A DNA stretch of 64,000 nucleotides from an uncultured Methanosarcinales archaeon (GCA_964630685.1 CAZVVW010000006.1:16-64015), one strand, 5' to 3'. Positions 1 through 9,355 are shown, counted from the stretch's first letter. A program made the numbers and translations. The notes: generated from the letters alone by a model not told the origin.

Positions 1-43
1 GGGATTGAGTTTTAGTGCAACGTCCCGAAGGGAAAACTCAGAG

Positions 44-652
44 TTAATCTTGAGCCCCGTTATTAGCATATTGACTCATTACATTAGAATATAATTCCTG
101 AACTTTATCACTACAAGGAAGGCTTGGAATGGTTTGCTGAAATTTTTGCGGATTGAATTTCCCTGAAGTAATTAAATCTTTGACTCTTTGCTTGTCATTT
201 TTGCCGTCTATGTGGTCTCTCCTTAGAACTAAATAATATAAAAATAAATTCTCAGGAGATGCGACAGGCAATGACATATTTTCATAAGGCAAAAATGTAA
301 CATCAGAAAAAACATCATTAGAAAAGGGAAATTCAAATCTTCCAATATCACAATCAGCAACCATTCTACTGCAAATATCAAAATTAGTTCCATTCAAAAT
401 TTCTATACATTGATTATCATAAGTTCCTTTTTCATAAGGCATTGAACCTCTTAATCTAACTTCATGCGAGGATTGCTTTTTGACATGTTGATAAACTTCC
501 TTAATATCTGGATGATAAACTCTAATATCACAATCATCTAATTCACTTTCTAATCCTCGCAAGTGCAAACCAAAGCCTGCATGAAAATAGAATGGAACTT
601 CCAAGCCTTTCAAAATTTTTACAACTTCTTCTACTTCAGATTTGATAACCAT
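44..652 (-). CDS. Hypothetical protein; possible minimal nucleotidyltransferase (Pol-beta-like) fold
   Basis: 202-aa ORF. A 'GFGLHLRG..ESELDDCDIRV' segment resembles the G[SF]..G...D.D nucleotidyltransferase motif. No other recognisable family signature. Confidence 0.5.
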   Translation of the reverse strand: MVIKSEVEEVVKILKGLEVPFYFHAGFGLHLRGLESELDDCDIRVYHPDIKEVYQHVKKQSSHEVRLRGSMPYEKGTYDNQCIEILNGTNFDICSRMVADCDIGRFEFPFSNDVFSDVTFLPYENMSLPVASPENLFLYYLVLRRDHIDGKNDKQRVKDLITSGKFNPQKFQQTIPSLPCSDKVQELYSNVMSQYANNGAQD

Positions 653-892
653 ATTTAAAGGAATTATATTGTGTTTTTTAAGGTTTACTACTTTTAGGGG
701 CTCAAAAATAATTGATTATAACATCGCGATTAAGAGAAGTTTTTGGAGCGAAGCGGAAGAAATTTGGGAAAAATCCGAGCCGAGGATTTTTCCTCTTAAT
801 CGCTGTTAAGTGAGGGTGAGGAGTGAAACGACGAAAGCGCAGCGTCCCCCGAGCGGAATGAAATGGAGCGAAGGAGTAAATTTTGGCGCGCG
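653..892. other. GC-enriched, highly structured intergenic segment with nested hairpins; candidate ncRNA or regulatory element
   Basis: Local GC is far above the ~30% background. There is a perfect 10-bp hairpin GGAAAAATCC-gagccgag-GGATTTTTCC at about 771-798. It is nested inside an 11-bp inverted repeat GCGATTAAGAG/CTCTTAATCGC (about 730-741 and 797-807). GGAGCGAAG is repeated. The only ORF here (702..905) is Arg/Lys-rich and implausible. Confidence 0.3.
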
Positions 893-1716
893 TTACTTCT
901 GACATACATAAAAAACTGGTGGATGTGTTCTTACATCTTTTTTAGAAATTTGCAGGCTTCCATTAATTTCAAGGATTTTAAATCCTGTTTTCTTAATTTC
1001 ACGCTCAACTTCTCGTATTGAGGGGATGTGGATGTATTGTTGGGTTTTGTAGGTTCTTTGTTTGTCACTGGTTTCTCTATCAAAAAATCTATCTCCAAAA
1101 TCTTGTTCCTGAATCTTCAATCCTAAGGGTTTCAAAAAATAAAATCTAAACCATTGTTTAATCCAGAAAAAAGAAAATTGCCTATTAAAAACTCGTGGGT
1201 GAGCTGTGAAAATGAAAATTCCATTTTTTTTCAATATTCTATAAACTTCATTTAATGCTTTTAATCTATTTTCGCTTCCTGGAATTTGTGTCCAACCCTG
1301 ATTTGAAAAAAGAGCATAATCAAAGGAATTTTTATCAAATTTAATATTGGTAGCGTCACCCACTCTATAATCAATTTTCAATTTTAATTCTTTAGCAATT
1401 TTTTTTGCACTTTGAATCATTGCCGGAACAAAATCAATTCCAATTATTTTGAAACCCCTCTTGAAAAGAGGGATTGTAGTTCTTCCGGTCCCGCAACCGA
1501 TATCTAAGATTTTGGTATTTTTCTTTGTAAAGTATTTTTTGATAAAGTGACTTTCTGAAATCCACAGGCCCTCTTTTGCTTTTTGAGTATAAAGAAGTTG
1601 GGCGTTTTTGCCTGCAAATTCTTCAAGCACCAGTTTTTTTAGATTAGTATCCATAATAAATTAAAAAGAAGTTATGAGTTTATTAAGGTTTTCATCGGAG
1701 CGCGCCAAAATTTATT
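877..1716. repeat. Perfect 15-bp inverted repeats (TAAATTTTGGCGCGC at 877-891; GCGCGCCAAAATTTA at 1702-1716) bracketing the methyltransferase gene
   Basis: Read directly from the sequence. GCGCGC-containing arms are conspicuous in an AT-rich genome. The IRs lie immediately outside the MTase stop and start codons. Confidence 0.6.
893..1654 (-). CDS. Class I SAM-dependent methyltransferase
   Basis: Motif I '[12 protein letters not shown]', a post-I acidic residue ('GIDF') and an overall Rossmann-fold MTase layout. 253 aa. Confidence 0.85.
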   Translation of the reverse strand: MDTNLKKLVLEEFAGKNAQLLYTQKAKEGLWISESHFIKKYFTKKNTKILDIGCGTGRTTIPLFKRGFKIIGIDFVPAMIQSAKKIAKELKLKIDYRVGDATNIKFDKNSFDYALFSNQGWTQIPGSENRLKALNEVYRILKKNGIFIFTAHPRVFNRQFSFFWIKQWFRFYFLKPLGLKIQEQDFGDRFFDRETSDKQRTYKTQQYIHIPSIREVEREIKKTGFKILEINGSLQISKKDVRTHPPVFYVCQK

Positions 1717-1727
1717 TCACTTAACAT

Positions 1728-1759
1728 AGATTAAACATAGTTTTAATTATGTTTAATCT
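1728..1759. promoter_or_regulatory. 12-bp perfect palindrome AGATTAAACATA-N8-TATGTTTAATCT in the divergent MTase/recombinase promoter region
   Basis: Exact inverted repeat with an 8-nt AT spacer. It lies between the divergent starts at 1654 (-) and 1810 (+). This is a typical dimeric-regulator operator geometry. Confidence 0.45.
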
Positions 1760-1809
1760 GAAAATCTTGCGGAAAAGCAGAGTAAAAGTTTATTAATTAG
1801 TATTTTTTA

Positions 1810-2622
1810 ATGAAGGGTATGGCTAATAAAGGTTATTTAGTGGATAACTGGAAAAAGTTATTGGTTGATGAGTGCAGGGTTCGTGGGTATTCTAGGAAAA
1901 CAATTACTTCTTATACTTATTTTGTGGGGGAGTTCTTGAAGTTAGGGTTAGAGTTTAAGCAGTTTATGCTTAAATTGGCTGATAGGGGGTTGGCATCCTC
2001 TACTGTTCGTACTGCAGGTTTTGCGATAAAATTTTATTTTAAGATAATCGGATTGAAAGATATTTCTGAGATTCCAAACTTTAAAAGAGATAAAAAACTG
2101 CCAATTGTGCTTTCAAAAAAAGAAATAATAGATATGATTGTATCAACAACTAATTTTACACATCGTTTGATTATAAAATTACTTTACTCTGCAGGTTTAA
2201 GGTTATCTGAACTCATAAATCTTAAATGGAAGGATATTGATTTTGAGAGAAACTTAATTCAGGTAAAATCTGCAAAAGGAAGAAAAGACAGAGTAACTAT
2301 ACTTTCACCTAAAGTGAAAAAAGATTTGAAAGTTTTAACTTTGAATTTGGTCGGGAATGTATTTATTTCTAATCGAAATAAAAAATATACACCTTCTTCA
2401 ATTCAAAAAATAATTTCTAATGCATCTAAAAAAGCAGGAATTAAGAAAAAAGTAACTCCCCATACATTAAGGCATTCTTTTGCAACCCACTTACTTGAAA
2501 ATGGAACAGATATTAGATACATAAGTGATTTATTAGGCCATGCGAGCACAGACACAACTATGATCTATACCCATGTTTCAAATAATAATCTCAAAAGAAT
2601 CAAGAGTCCTTTGGATTTCTAA
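1810..2622 (+). CDS. xerA: Tyrosine recombinase (XerA/XerC/XerD-like integrase)
   Basis: C-terminal catalytic signature 'HTLRHSFATHLLENGTDIRYISDLLGHASTDTTMIYTHV' (R..H..R..Y), the 'LRLSELINLKWKDID' box I region, and an N-terminal core-binding-like domain. 270 aa. Confidence 0.85.
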   Translation: MKGMANKGYLVDNWKKLLVDECRVRGYSRKTITSYTYFVGEFLKLGLEFKQFMLKLADRGLASSTVRTAGFAIKFYFKIIGLKDISEIPNFKRDKKLPIVLSKKEIIDMIVSTTNFTHRLIIKLLYSAGLRLSELINLKWKDIDFERNLIQVKSAKGRKDRVTILSPKVKKDLKVLTLNLVGNVFISNRNKKYTPSSIQKIISNASKKAGIKKKVTPHTLRHSFATHLLENGTDIRYISDLLGHASTDTTMIYTHVSNNNLKRIKSPLDF

Positions 2623-2668
2623 TAAAAGACCGAAAGCTTTATAAAATACTTAACTATCGTTAAGTTTT

Positions 2669-3028
2669 ATGATTCAACCACAGGAGATTGAGGTATGGTA
2701 TTTATTGCCCGCAATAAGAAGAAAGTTTGCTAGGTGTATGATTAAAAAACATGGACTGAGTCAAAGAAAAACCGCTTCTTTGTTGGGAATAACTGAATCA
2801 GCTGTTTCACAATATGTGAACAGCAAGAGAGCTAAAGATGTTCAGCTTGGATGCGAATTATCAAAAGCAGTTGAACTTTCTGTCAAGAGAGTTGTTGATG
2901 GAAAATCCCATTTTGTTACTGAGATACAAAAACTGTTGAAATTAGCCTATAAAGAGGATGTTTTATGCAGAATTCATAAGGAATATGATAATGTTCCTGA
3001 GAAATGTGTGTTATGTGGGGGTAGATGA
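2669..3028 (+). CDS. Small HTH-domain protein with a C-terminal CxxC pair
   Basis: 'LSQRKTASLLGITESAVSQYVN' is a helix-turn-helix-like segment. The C-terminus has C..CVLCGG. The gene sits immediately upstream of iscS. Confidence 0.55.
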   Translation: MIQPQEIEVWYLLPAIRRKFARCMIKKHGLSQRKTASLLGITESAVSQYVNSKRAKDVQLGCELSKAVELSVKRVVDGKSHFVTEIQKLLKLAYKEDVLCRIHKEYDNVPEKCVLCGGR

Positions 3029-3029
3029 A

Positions 3030-4166
3030 ATGAAAGTGTATGTTGACAATGGCGCTTCAACAAAAGTTGATGAAAAAGTGTTGAAAGTAATGGAACATTA
3101 TTTTACTGAGAAGTATGGGAATGCATCTTCTTTGCATGATTTTGGAAGGGAAGCATTAGAGGGGTTAGAAAAAGCTAGATCAATTATTGCGAAAAAAATA
3201 AATGCCAAAGCAGGAGAGATAATTTTTACTTCTGGAGGAACAGAATCTGATAATCTTGCAGTAATTGGAACTGCTTATGTTGATAAAGATAAGAATCATA
3301 TAATTACTTCAGCTATTGAACATCCTGCTGTGCTTAACACTTGTCAAGAATTAGAGAGAAGAGGTTTTAGTGTAACTTATTTGTCTGTGGATGAAGATGG
3401 ATTTGTGAATCCTAAAGATGTTGAAAATGCTATTACTGATAAAACCGCATTGGTTACAATAATGCATGCTAATAATGAGACAGGAGTGATTGAGCCTGTT
3501 GAAGAAATTGGAAAAATATGCAGAAAAAAAGGAGTTTTATTCCATACTGATGCTGTTCAGAGTTTTACTAAAGTAAAAATAGATGTCAAAAAAATGAATA
3601 TTGATATGGCTTCATTTTCAGCTCATAAAGTTCATGGACCAAAAGGGATTGGAGCGCTGTATGTTCGAAATGGTGTAAAGATTAAGAAAATAATGCAAGG
3701 TGGAAAGCATGAATTTAATATGCGTCCTGGAACTGAAAATGTTGCTGGCGCGATTGGTTTTGCTGAAGCTGTTAAGCAGATGAAGGATTCTGATGTTAAA
3801 CATATCGCTGAATTGAGAGATAGATTGATTAACGGAATTGAGAGTGATATTGAAAGAGTGAAATTAAATGGTCCAATTGATGGGCGATTGTGTAATAATA
3901 TTAATTTTTCATATTTAGGTTTAGAAGGCGAAACTATAAGCACTTATTTGAGTATGAAAGGGGTTGCAACTTCAACTGGTTCTGCCTGTGCTTCTGCTTC
4001 TCTTGAGCCAAGCCATGTTTTGATTGCAATGGGGATGAAACACGAAGACGCACATGGTTCTATAAGAATGACTTTGAGTAAATTCACAACAGAAGAAGAG
4101 ATCGAGTACATACTCAAAGTTTTACCAGATATAATCAAAAAATCAAGGAGGATAAGTCCACTTTAA
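3030..4166 (+). CDS. iscS: Cysteine desulfurase IscS/NifS (PLP-dependent)
   Basis: PLP-lysine region 'SFSAHKVHGPKGIGALYVR' and the active-site loop 'ATSTGSACAS'. The supplied ORF begins at 2958, but the conserved N-terminus 'MKVYVDNGAS' starts at the ATG at 3030. Confidence 0.9.
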   Translation: MKVYVDNGASTKVDEKVLKVMEHYFTEKYGNASSLHDFGREALEGLEKARSIIAKKINAKAGEIIFTSGGTESDNLAVIGTAYVDKDKNHIITSAIEHPAVLNTCQELERRGFSVTYLSVDEDGFVNPKDVENAITDKTALVTIMHANNETGVIEPVEEIGKICRKKGVLFHTDAVQSFTKVKIDVKKMNIDMASFSAHKVHGPKGIGALYVRNGVKIKKIMQGGKHEFNMRPGTENVAGAIGFAEAVKQMKDSDVKHIAELRDRLINGIESDIERVKLNGPIDGRLCNNINFSYLGLEGETISTYLSMKGVATSTGSACASASLEPSHVLIAMGMKHEDAHGSIRMTLSKFTTEEEIEYILKVLPDIIKKSRRISPL

Positions 4167-4167
4167 A

Positions 4168-4551
4168 ATGTATTCAAAAAAAGTAATGGGGCACTTTAAC
4201 AATCCAAAAAATGTTGGGGAGTTAAAGAATGCTGATGGGATTGGAAAAGTAGGGAATCCAAGATGTGGAGATGTTATGTGGCTTTACATTAAAGTTGAAA
4301 AGAAAGAAGGAAAAGAACTGATAAAAGATGTTAAATTCAAAACTTTTGGATGTGTTGCTGCGATAGCTACTAGTTCTGCGGTTACTGAATTGGTTAAAGG
4401 TAAAGAGATTTCTGTTATTGAGAAACTCACAAAAGATAATGTTGTAGAGATTCTTGAAGGATTGCCCCCAATTAAAGTGCATTGTTCTATTTTAGCAATA
4501 GAGGCATTACACGCAGCGATTAAAGATTATAGAAAGAAATCTAAAAAGTAA
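4168..4551 (+). CDS. iscU: Fe-S cluster scaffold protein IscU/NifU-like
   Basis: 'GNPRCGDVM', 'FKTFGCVAAIATSSA' and 'HCSILA' give the three conserved Cys plus His of IscU. The gene is translationally adjacent to iscS. Confidence 0.9.
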   Translation: MYSKKVMGHFNNPKNVGELKNADGIGKVGNPRCGDVMWLYIKVEKKEGKELIKDVKFKTFGCVAAIATSSAVTELVKGKEISVIEKLTKDNVVEILEGLPPIKVHCSILAIEALHAAIKDYRKKSKK

Positions 4552-4583
4552 ACTTTATATATCATTAAATGAGCTGGTGAAAC

Positions 4584-4823
4584 ATGACAAAATCTAAAAC
4601 AACAAAAACAGCTAAAATAACAAAAGATATGACTTTAGGAGATGTGGTTACAAGATATCCTGAGAGTGCAGAAGTGATGATGGAATATGGATTGCATTGT
4701 ATTGGATGCCATGTTGCGGCATGGGAAAGTGTAGAAGAAGGGGCAAAAGCCCATGGATTAGATGACAAGAAAGTTAAAGAAATGTTAGATAAAATGAATA
4801 AAGCTGTTGAAGAAATTAAATGA
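4584..4823 (+). CDS. DUF1858-like small redox-disulfide protein
   Basis: 79 aa with the 'YGLHCIGCH' motif typical of hybrid-cluster-protein-associated redox disulfide domains. Confidence 0.55.
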   Translation: MTKSKTTKTAKITKDMTLGDVVTRYPESAEVMMEYGLHCIGCHVAAWESVEEGAKAHGLDDKKVKEMLDKMNKAVEEIK

Positions 4824-4832
4824 GGTATTAAT

Positions 4833-5027
4833 ATGGCCAAATATAAAATCGAGCATGATATTGAAGCATGTATTGGGTGTGGTGCTTGTGCTGCTGTCTG
4901 TGATAATTGGGTTATGGAAGGCGATAAAGCAAAAGAAATAGAAACAGAATTTGATGAAATTGGATGTAATCAAGATGCTGTGGATAGTTGTCCTGTTGAT
5001 TGTATTAAAATAGTTGAAATTAAATAA
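4833..5027 (+). CDS. Small ferredoxin
   Basis: 'CIGCGACAAVC' plus 'C..DSCPVDC' cluster-binding motifs. 64 aa. Confidence 0.7.
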   Translation: MAKYKIEHDIEACIGCGACAAVCDNWVMEGDKAKEIETEFDEIGCNQDAVDSCPVDCIKIVEIK

Positions 5028-5039
5028 AAAAATAAAAAA

Positions 5040-5240
5040 TTATTTTCCTGTTAACACTTTATTTCCACCCGGAATTATTAAAATCACTCCCAAGATTATT
5101 ATACCCCAAACCCAATTAATTAGGTAAGTTGCTAATAATACTCCAATTCCTAAAGAAATAACTACTTTCCCATTTACCAACATAATTAAAAGTGGTGTTG
5201 GTAATTTTCTAAATCTTTTTATTAATTTTTTCATACACAT
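5040..5240 (-). CDS. Small membrane protein (2 TM)
   Basis: 66 aa with two hydrophobic helices. No known family. Confidence 0.35.
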   Translation of the reverse strand: MCMKKLIKRFRKLPTPLLIMLVNGKVVISLGIGVLLATYLINWVWGIIILGVILIIPGGNKVLTGK

Positions 5241-5241
5241 T

Positions 5242-5553
5242 TTATTCCCCCTTTGAATCTCCTTTTTCTTTTTTATTTCTTTCTTTAATATCTTTTACTG
5301 CTTTTTTGAAAGCTTCAATTTGTCTTTCACTGAGTTTTCCATAACGAAGATAATTTATCTTGATAGATCTTAAAAATAAGTTTTGTTTGTATAGCTCTTC
5401 TGGAATTTTAAAGAGTTTTTTCATTTTAGGATCTTTGATTTCACCTTCGAGCTCTTTTTTCTGGCAGTCATAACATACTGGGAATTTCTGTTTCCAACTT
5501 ATTAACACATAATTTTTTCTACATCTTATACATTTTTGTTTAAATTTTGCCAT
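5242..5553 (-). CDS. Hypothetical zinc-ribbon protein
   Basis: N-terminal C-x2-C...C-x2-C ('CIRCRK...CYDCQ') followed by a Lys/Glu-rich tail. Confidence 0.45.
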   Translation of the reverse strand: MAKFKQKCIRCRKNYVLISWKQKFPVCYDCQKKELEGEIKDPKMKKLFKIPEELYKQNLFLRSIKINYLRYGKLSERQIEAFKKAVKDIKERNKKEKGDSKGE

Positions 5554-5648
5554 GGTATTATTTTGAAGGTTTTTATTATTTATATAATCTATGATTTTGG
5601 TGTAAAAAGAAAGTTTTATAAAACTCTTTTGAGTGTTGTTGTGTTATA

Positions 5649-6734
5649 ATGAAAATAATTGACCCTTATGGAAGCGAACTGGTAGAGGATTATGCCAAAG
5701 CAATCAAAGATTTTGGATTAGATAGGTTTGATGCTAAACTATTTCCAGAACCAAATAGATTGATGAGGAGAGGGGTTGTGTTTGCTGGAAGAGATTTAAA
5801 TATTATATCTAAATGTATTAAAGAAAAAAAACCTTTTTACGCTTTGAGTGGGATTATGCCAACAAATGATCAAATTCATTTAGGCAATAAGATGGTTGTT
5901 GAAAATTTGAAGTATTTTCAAAAACATGGCGCCATCACAGTTATTTTGGTTGCAGATTTGGAGGCACAAGCTGCTCGTGGAGTTTCACTCGAAGAAGGAA
6001 GAAGAAGAGCTTTAAATTTTCATATTCCGGCTTATATTGCATTAGGATTAGATCCTAAGAAAACCATATTTTATTTTCAGTCAGAAAATAAAGATGTGAT
6101 TCACTTTGCTTACCAAGCTGCACAAAAAATAACTTTAAATGAGTTTAAAGCTGTTTATGGTAGTGCAGATCCTGGAAGGATTATGAGTGCTGTGACTCAG
6201 ATTGGTGATGTGCTTTATCCTCAGATGAAAGAAAGAATGCCTGGAATAATTCCAGTAGGAGTTGATCAAGATCCCCATATAAGATTATCAAGAGATGTTG
6301 TTAACAGAATGAAAAAAGAGAAGTACTTTTTACCAAGTTCTCTTTATCATAAATACACTCCTTCTTTAGGGGGAAAAATTAAGATGTCTAAATCCCATCC
6401 AGAATCTTGTATCACAATACCTGAAGATGTTGATTCTGTAAAGAAAAAGATACTGAGAGCAGTAACTGGTGGAAGAGATACTTTAGAAGAACATCGTAAG
6501 TTGGGTGCAGAAGTTGAAAAATGTATGGTGTTTGAATTATTAAAACAACATTTGGTAGAAGATGACAAAGAGTTGGATAAAATTTACAAAGACTATAAAT
6601 CTGGAAAAATGACTTCTGGAGAAATTAAACAAATTGCTGTTGATAAGATGACTGAATTTATGAATGATTTTGAGAAAAAGTTGGAGAAAGCAAGAAAACA
6701 GGTAGATAAGTTAAATTTTGTTAAATTCACTTAG
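5649..6734 (+). CDS. trpS: Tryptophanyl-tRNA synthetase, archaeal/eukaryotic type
   Basis: 'LMRRGVVFAGRDLN', 'KKPFYALSGIMPT..QIHLGN' and 'KMSKSHP' align closely with eukaryotic/archaeal TrpRS (compare human 'FLRRGIFFSHRDMN...KKPFYLYTGRGPSS..MHVGH'). Confidence 0.85.
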   Translation: MKIIDPYGSELVEDYAKAIKDFGLDRFDAKLFPEPNRLMRRGVVFAGRDLNIISKCIKEKKPFYALSGIMPTNDQIHLGNKMVVENLKYFQKHGAITVILVADLEAQAARGVSLEEGRRRALNFHIPAYIALGLDPKKTIFYFQSENKDVIHFAYQAAQKITLNEFKAVYGSADPGRIMSAVTQIGDVLYPQMKERMPGIIPVGVDQDPHIRLSRDVVNRMKKEKYFLPSSLYHKYTPSLGGKIKMSKSHPESCITIPEDVDSVKKKILRAVTGGRDTLEEHRKLGAEVEKCMVFELLKQHLVEDDKELDKIYKDYKSGKMTSGEIKQIAVDKMTEFMNDFEKKLEKARKQVDKLNFVKFT

Positions 6735-6743
6735 AGTTCTAAA

Positions 6744-7175
6744 ATGAGGATTAAAATAAATGTAGTGCGAATGGATAAAGAAGTAGAAATGGTTAAGTAT
6801 GCTCACGAAGGTGATGCTGCTTTTGATTTAAGAGCCTCAATAGATATGGAGATTGAAGCAGGAGAAAAAGTGCTTGTGCCTACTGGACTTAAATTTGCAA
6901 TTCCTAAAGGTCATGTTGGGTTGATATGGGATAGAAGTGGATTGGCTGTTAAACATTCTCTTCATTGTTTGGCAGGTGTTATTGATTCTGGATATCGTGG
7001 AGAAACTAAAGTAGTGATAATTAATCTTGGAAAGGATATTTTTTCTGTTAAAAAAGGAATGCGAATAGCTCAGATGTTGATTCAAAAAGTAGAAACTGTT
7101 GAATTTGAAGAAGTTGATTCCCATGAAGATACTTTAAGAAATCAAGGCGGTTTTGGAAGTACAGGATTACATTGA
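6744..7175 (+). CDS. dut: dUTP diphosphatase (trimeric dUTPase)
   Basis: The five dUTPase motifs are present: 'GDAAFDLRA', 'IPKGHVGLIWDRSGLA', 'GVIDSGYRGE', 'RIAQM' and the C-terminal 'RNQGGFGSTG'. Confidence 0.85.
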   Translation: MRIKINVVRMDKEVEMVKYAHEGDAAFDLRASIDMEIEAGEKVLVPTGLKFAIPKGHVGLIWDRSGLAVKHSLHCLAGVIDSGYRGETKVVIINLGKDIFSVKKGMRIAQMLIQKVETVEFEEVDSHEDTLRNQGGFGSTGLH

Positions 7176-7211
7176 AGATATTATAAAAAAGTTTAAATAC
7201 CTAATAAACAA

Positions 7212-7412
7212 TTGAATATATCAGAGGTGATGTTAATGGTCAAATATGTTCCTTTGAAAGGAAGTTTTATGATTGCAAGTGTTGTAGGTCTTCTTGTTTC
7301 TGCAATTTATATTGCTGATTTTTCTGTTACTTGGGGATTTGCACTTTCAGTTGTATTTGTGCTGATGTTTATAGCTTCCATAATTTCAATGACTAAAGCT
7401 CCAGTAAAATAA
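7212..7412 (+). CDS. Small membrane protein
   Basis: 66 aa with two TM helices, directly upstream of the permease. Confidence 0.35.
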   Translation: MNISEVMLMVKYVPLKGSFMIASVVGLLVSAIYIADFSVTWGFALSVVFVLMFIASIISMTKAPVK

Positions 7413-7413
7413 T

Positions 7414-8691
7414 ATGGCTAAAAATAGTTTGAAGAGGGAGCTTGGTTTATTTGAAACCACTCTTTTTGGAGTTGGAATAATAGTTGGAGCGGGAATATAT
7501 GCTTTGTTAGGTGTTGCTACTAGTTATGGTGGTAGTGCTGTTTGGCTTTCATTTTTTATTGCAGCGGTAGTTGCTATGTTTACTGGTTTGAGTTATGCTG
7601 AACTTTCTTCTATGTTTTCAAAAGATGCAGGAGAATATATTTATGCAGAAAAAGCGTTTGGAAGAAGGGTTGCTTTTATGATTGGGTGGTTAATTATTAT
7701 CACTGGAATTATAACTTCAACTGCTGTAGGGATAGGATTTGCGCATTATTTACATTCTTTAACTGGATTTCCTATTTTGTTTTCTGCTTTAGGGATTATA
7801 TTTTTGATGTCTTTAGTGAATATGTGGGGAATTAAAGAAACATCTGGGCTTAATATTTTTTTTACGCTTGCAGAAGTTTTGGGACTGGTGTTGATTGTCG
7901 TTTTAGGGCTTAAATATTTTGGAAAAGTAGATTATCTTGTTATGCCGTATGGAATAAAAGGAGTTTTTAATGGAGCTGCACTTATCTTTTTTGCATTTCT
8001 TGGTTTTGAAAGTATTATTAAGTTATCTGAAGAGACTAAGAATCCTCATAAAACAATTCCTCGTGCACTTATTTTATCTATGATTATTACAACTGTTTTG
8101 TATGTTTTGGTTGCGATTTCTGCTGTTAGCATGCTTGGTTGGGAAACTCTTGCTAATTCAACTGCTCCATTGGCAGATGTTGCTGCTGTGGCCTTGGGTA
8201 GTAATGGATTTATTATTCTAGCAATCATTGCGTTGTTTTCAACTACTAATACTATTTTGATATCTTTGGTGGCTACATCTAGAATGATTTATGGAATTGC
8301 TGAAAGAAAAGATCTTCCAAAAGTTTTTGCTCATGTAAATAAGCATACAAAAACTCCTGCCGTTGCAGTTTTTTTTACTATGATTTTTGCTATGATTATG
8401 GTTTTTTTAGGAGATATAGAGTTAGTTGCGAATTTAACTAACACTGCTGTTTTTTTGACTTTTATTTTGATTAATTTATCTTTAATAGCTTTAAGATATA
8501 AAATGCCAAAAACTAAAAGGCCTTTTAAGGTTCCTTTTAGTGTTGGGAAATTCCCTATTCTTCCTGTGTTTGGGGTTGTGAGTAGTTTATTTATGTTGAC
8601 TAATATTAATTTTAAGATTATTTTTGCATTAGTGGTTCTTGTTGCTGTAGGGTTTGTGATACATGATTTAGTTATGAAGAAGTCAAAGTGA
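7414..8691 (+). CDS. APC-family amino acid permease
   Basis: About 12 TM helices, 425 aa, with Gly-rich TM1/TM6 segments typical of the amino acid/polyamine/organocation fold. Confidence 0.8.
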   Translation: MAKNSLKRELGLFETTLFGVGIIVGAGIYALLGVATSYGGSAVWLSFFIAAVVAMFTGLSYAELSSMFSKDAGEYIYAEKAFGRRVAFMIGWLIIITGIITSTAVGIGFAHYLHSLTGFPILFSALGIIFLMSLVNMWGIKETSGLNIFFTLAEVLGLVLIVVLGLKYFGKVDYLVMPYGIKGVFNGAALIFFAFLGFESIIKLSEETKNPHKTIPRALILSMIITTVLYVLVAISAVSMLGWETLANSTAPLADVAAVALGSNGFIILAIIALFSTTNTILISLVATSRMIYGIAERKDLPKVFAHVNKHTKTPAVAVFFTMIFAMIMVFLGDIELVANLTNTAVFLTFILINLSLIALRYKMPKTKRPFKVPFSVGKFPILPVFGVVSSLFMLTNINFKIIFALVVLVAVGFVIHDLVMKKSK

Positions 8692-9355
8692 GTTTTCTTT
8701 TTTTAGGGAGTTTATTGTAAATGGTTATTGTTATTATTGAAGTGAATCCTGCTAGAGCTCCGATAATTATGTAAGGGATTTTTGTTGTCATTAGTACAGC
8801 CATTGTTGGAAGAGCGAGGATCTCATATATTGCTGCGAATAATGCTGTGTTTCCTGCGCTGATCTTTTTTATTGTTTGTTTTTTTGTTGTGTAGATATGT
8901 GCTTTGATTTTGTTTTGATTGTTGTAAAGCGTTAATATGATGTAGATAGCTAAAGGTGTTGTGATTGCACCAACTATTGCGTTTCCAAAGAGCAGGTTTA
9001 GGTGTTTTAATGATGATATCAATGATTCAATAACAAAAAGTATTGCTAGGAATAGTGCGTTGAAAATTGAAGGTGCTAAAGGGTTTATTTTTTTTAGTTT
9101 TAGTTTTCTTTTTGAATTTATTTTTGAATTTATTTTTGAGCGTGTTCTTATTATTTTTAAAGTTAGATTAAGAAGGATTATAACAATAAAAGCTGTTAAG
9201 AATCCTGTAAGTAAACCATTAAAGAATTTTGGAATTAGGTCTGTTATTGTTTGGGTGTCTATGTTGAAGATATCTATGAAAAAGAGAGCAATTGCTTCAA
9301 ATAATACAAAGAAAAGAACAAGGGAGTAGTTGAGTTTTTTTATGATTGTATTCAT
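8672..9355 (-). CDS. Hypothetical polytopic membrane protein
   Basis: 227 aa with multiple TMs. An internal 'KINSKINSKRKLKLKK' low-complexity loop is encoded by a 12-bp tandem repeat at about 9105-9140. Confidence 0.45.
   Translation of the reverse strand: MNTIIKKLNYSLVLFFVLFEAIALFFIDIFNIDTQTITDLIPKFFNGLLTGFLTAFIVIILLNLTLKIIRTRSKINSKINSKRKLKLKKINPLAPSIFNALFLAILFVIESLISSLKHLNLLFGNAIVGAITTPLAIYIILTLYNNQNKIKAHIYTTKKQTIKKISAGNTALFAAIYEILALPTMAVLMTTKIPYIIIGALAGFTSIITITIYNKLPKKRKLTLTSS

Noticed and set aside
702-905. 67-aa ORF (minus strand) inside the GC-rich intergenic island
   Set aside because: Arg/Lys/Pro-rich composition typical of GC-rich non-coding sequence translated out of context. It overlaps hairpin and IR structures. 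No start context.
1810-2622. The tyrosine recombinase as a marker of an integrated provirus or large genomic island
   Set aside because: No adjacent tRNA or att-like long direct repeats, and no virus or plasmid genes nearby. The flanking genes (iscSU, trpS, dut) are housekeeping. Only the small MTase cassette appears associated with it.
3618-4138. Three antisense ORFs (3618..3803, 3632..3943, 3944..4138) inside iscS
   Set aside because: They lie entirely within a confidently assigned conserved gene on the opposite strand. Low-complexity translations.
4222-4482. Antisense ORF inside iscU
   Set aside because: Opposite strand of a conserved gene. Phe/Asn-rich nonsense typical of AT-rich antisense frames.
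9105-9140. Tandem 12-bp repeat (GAATTTATTTTT x2.5) considered as a possible CRISPR or tandem-repeat element
   Set aside because: Too short and irregular for a CRISPR array. It lies within a coding region and encodes a KINSKINSK low-complexity loop.
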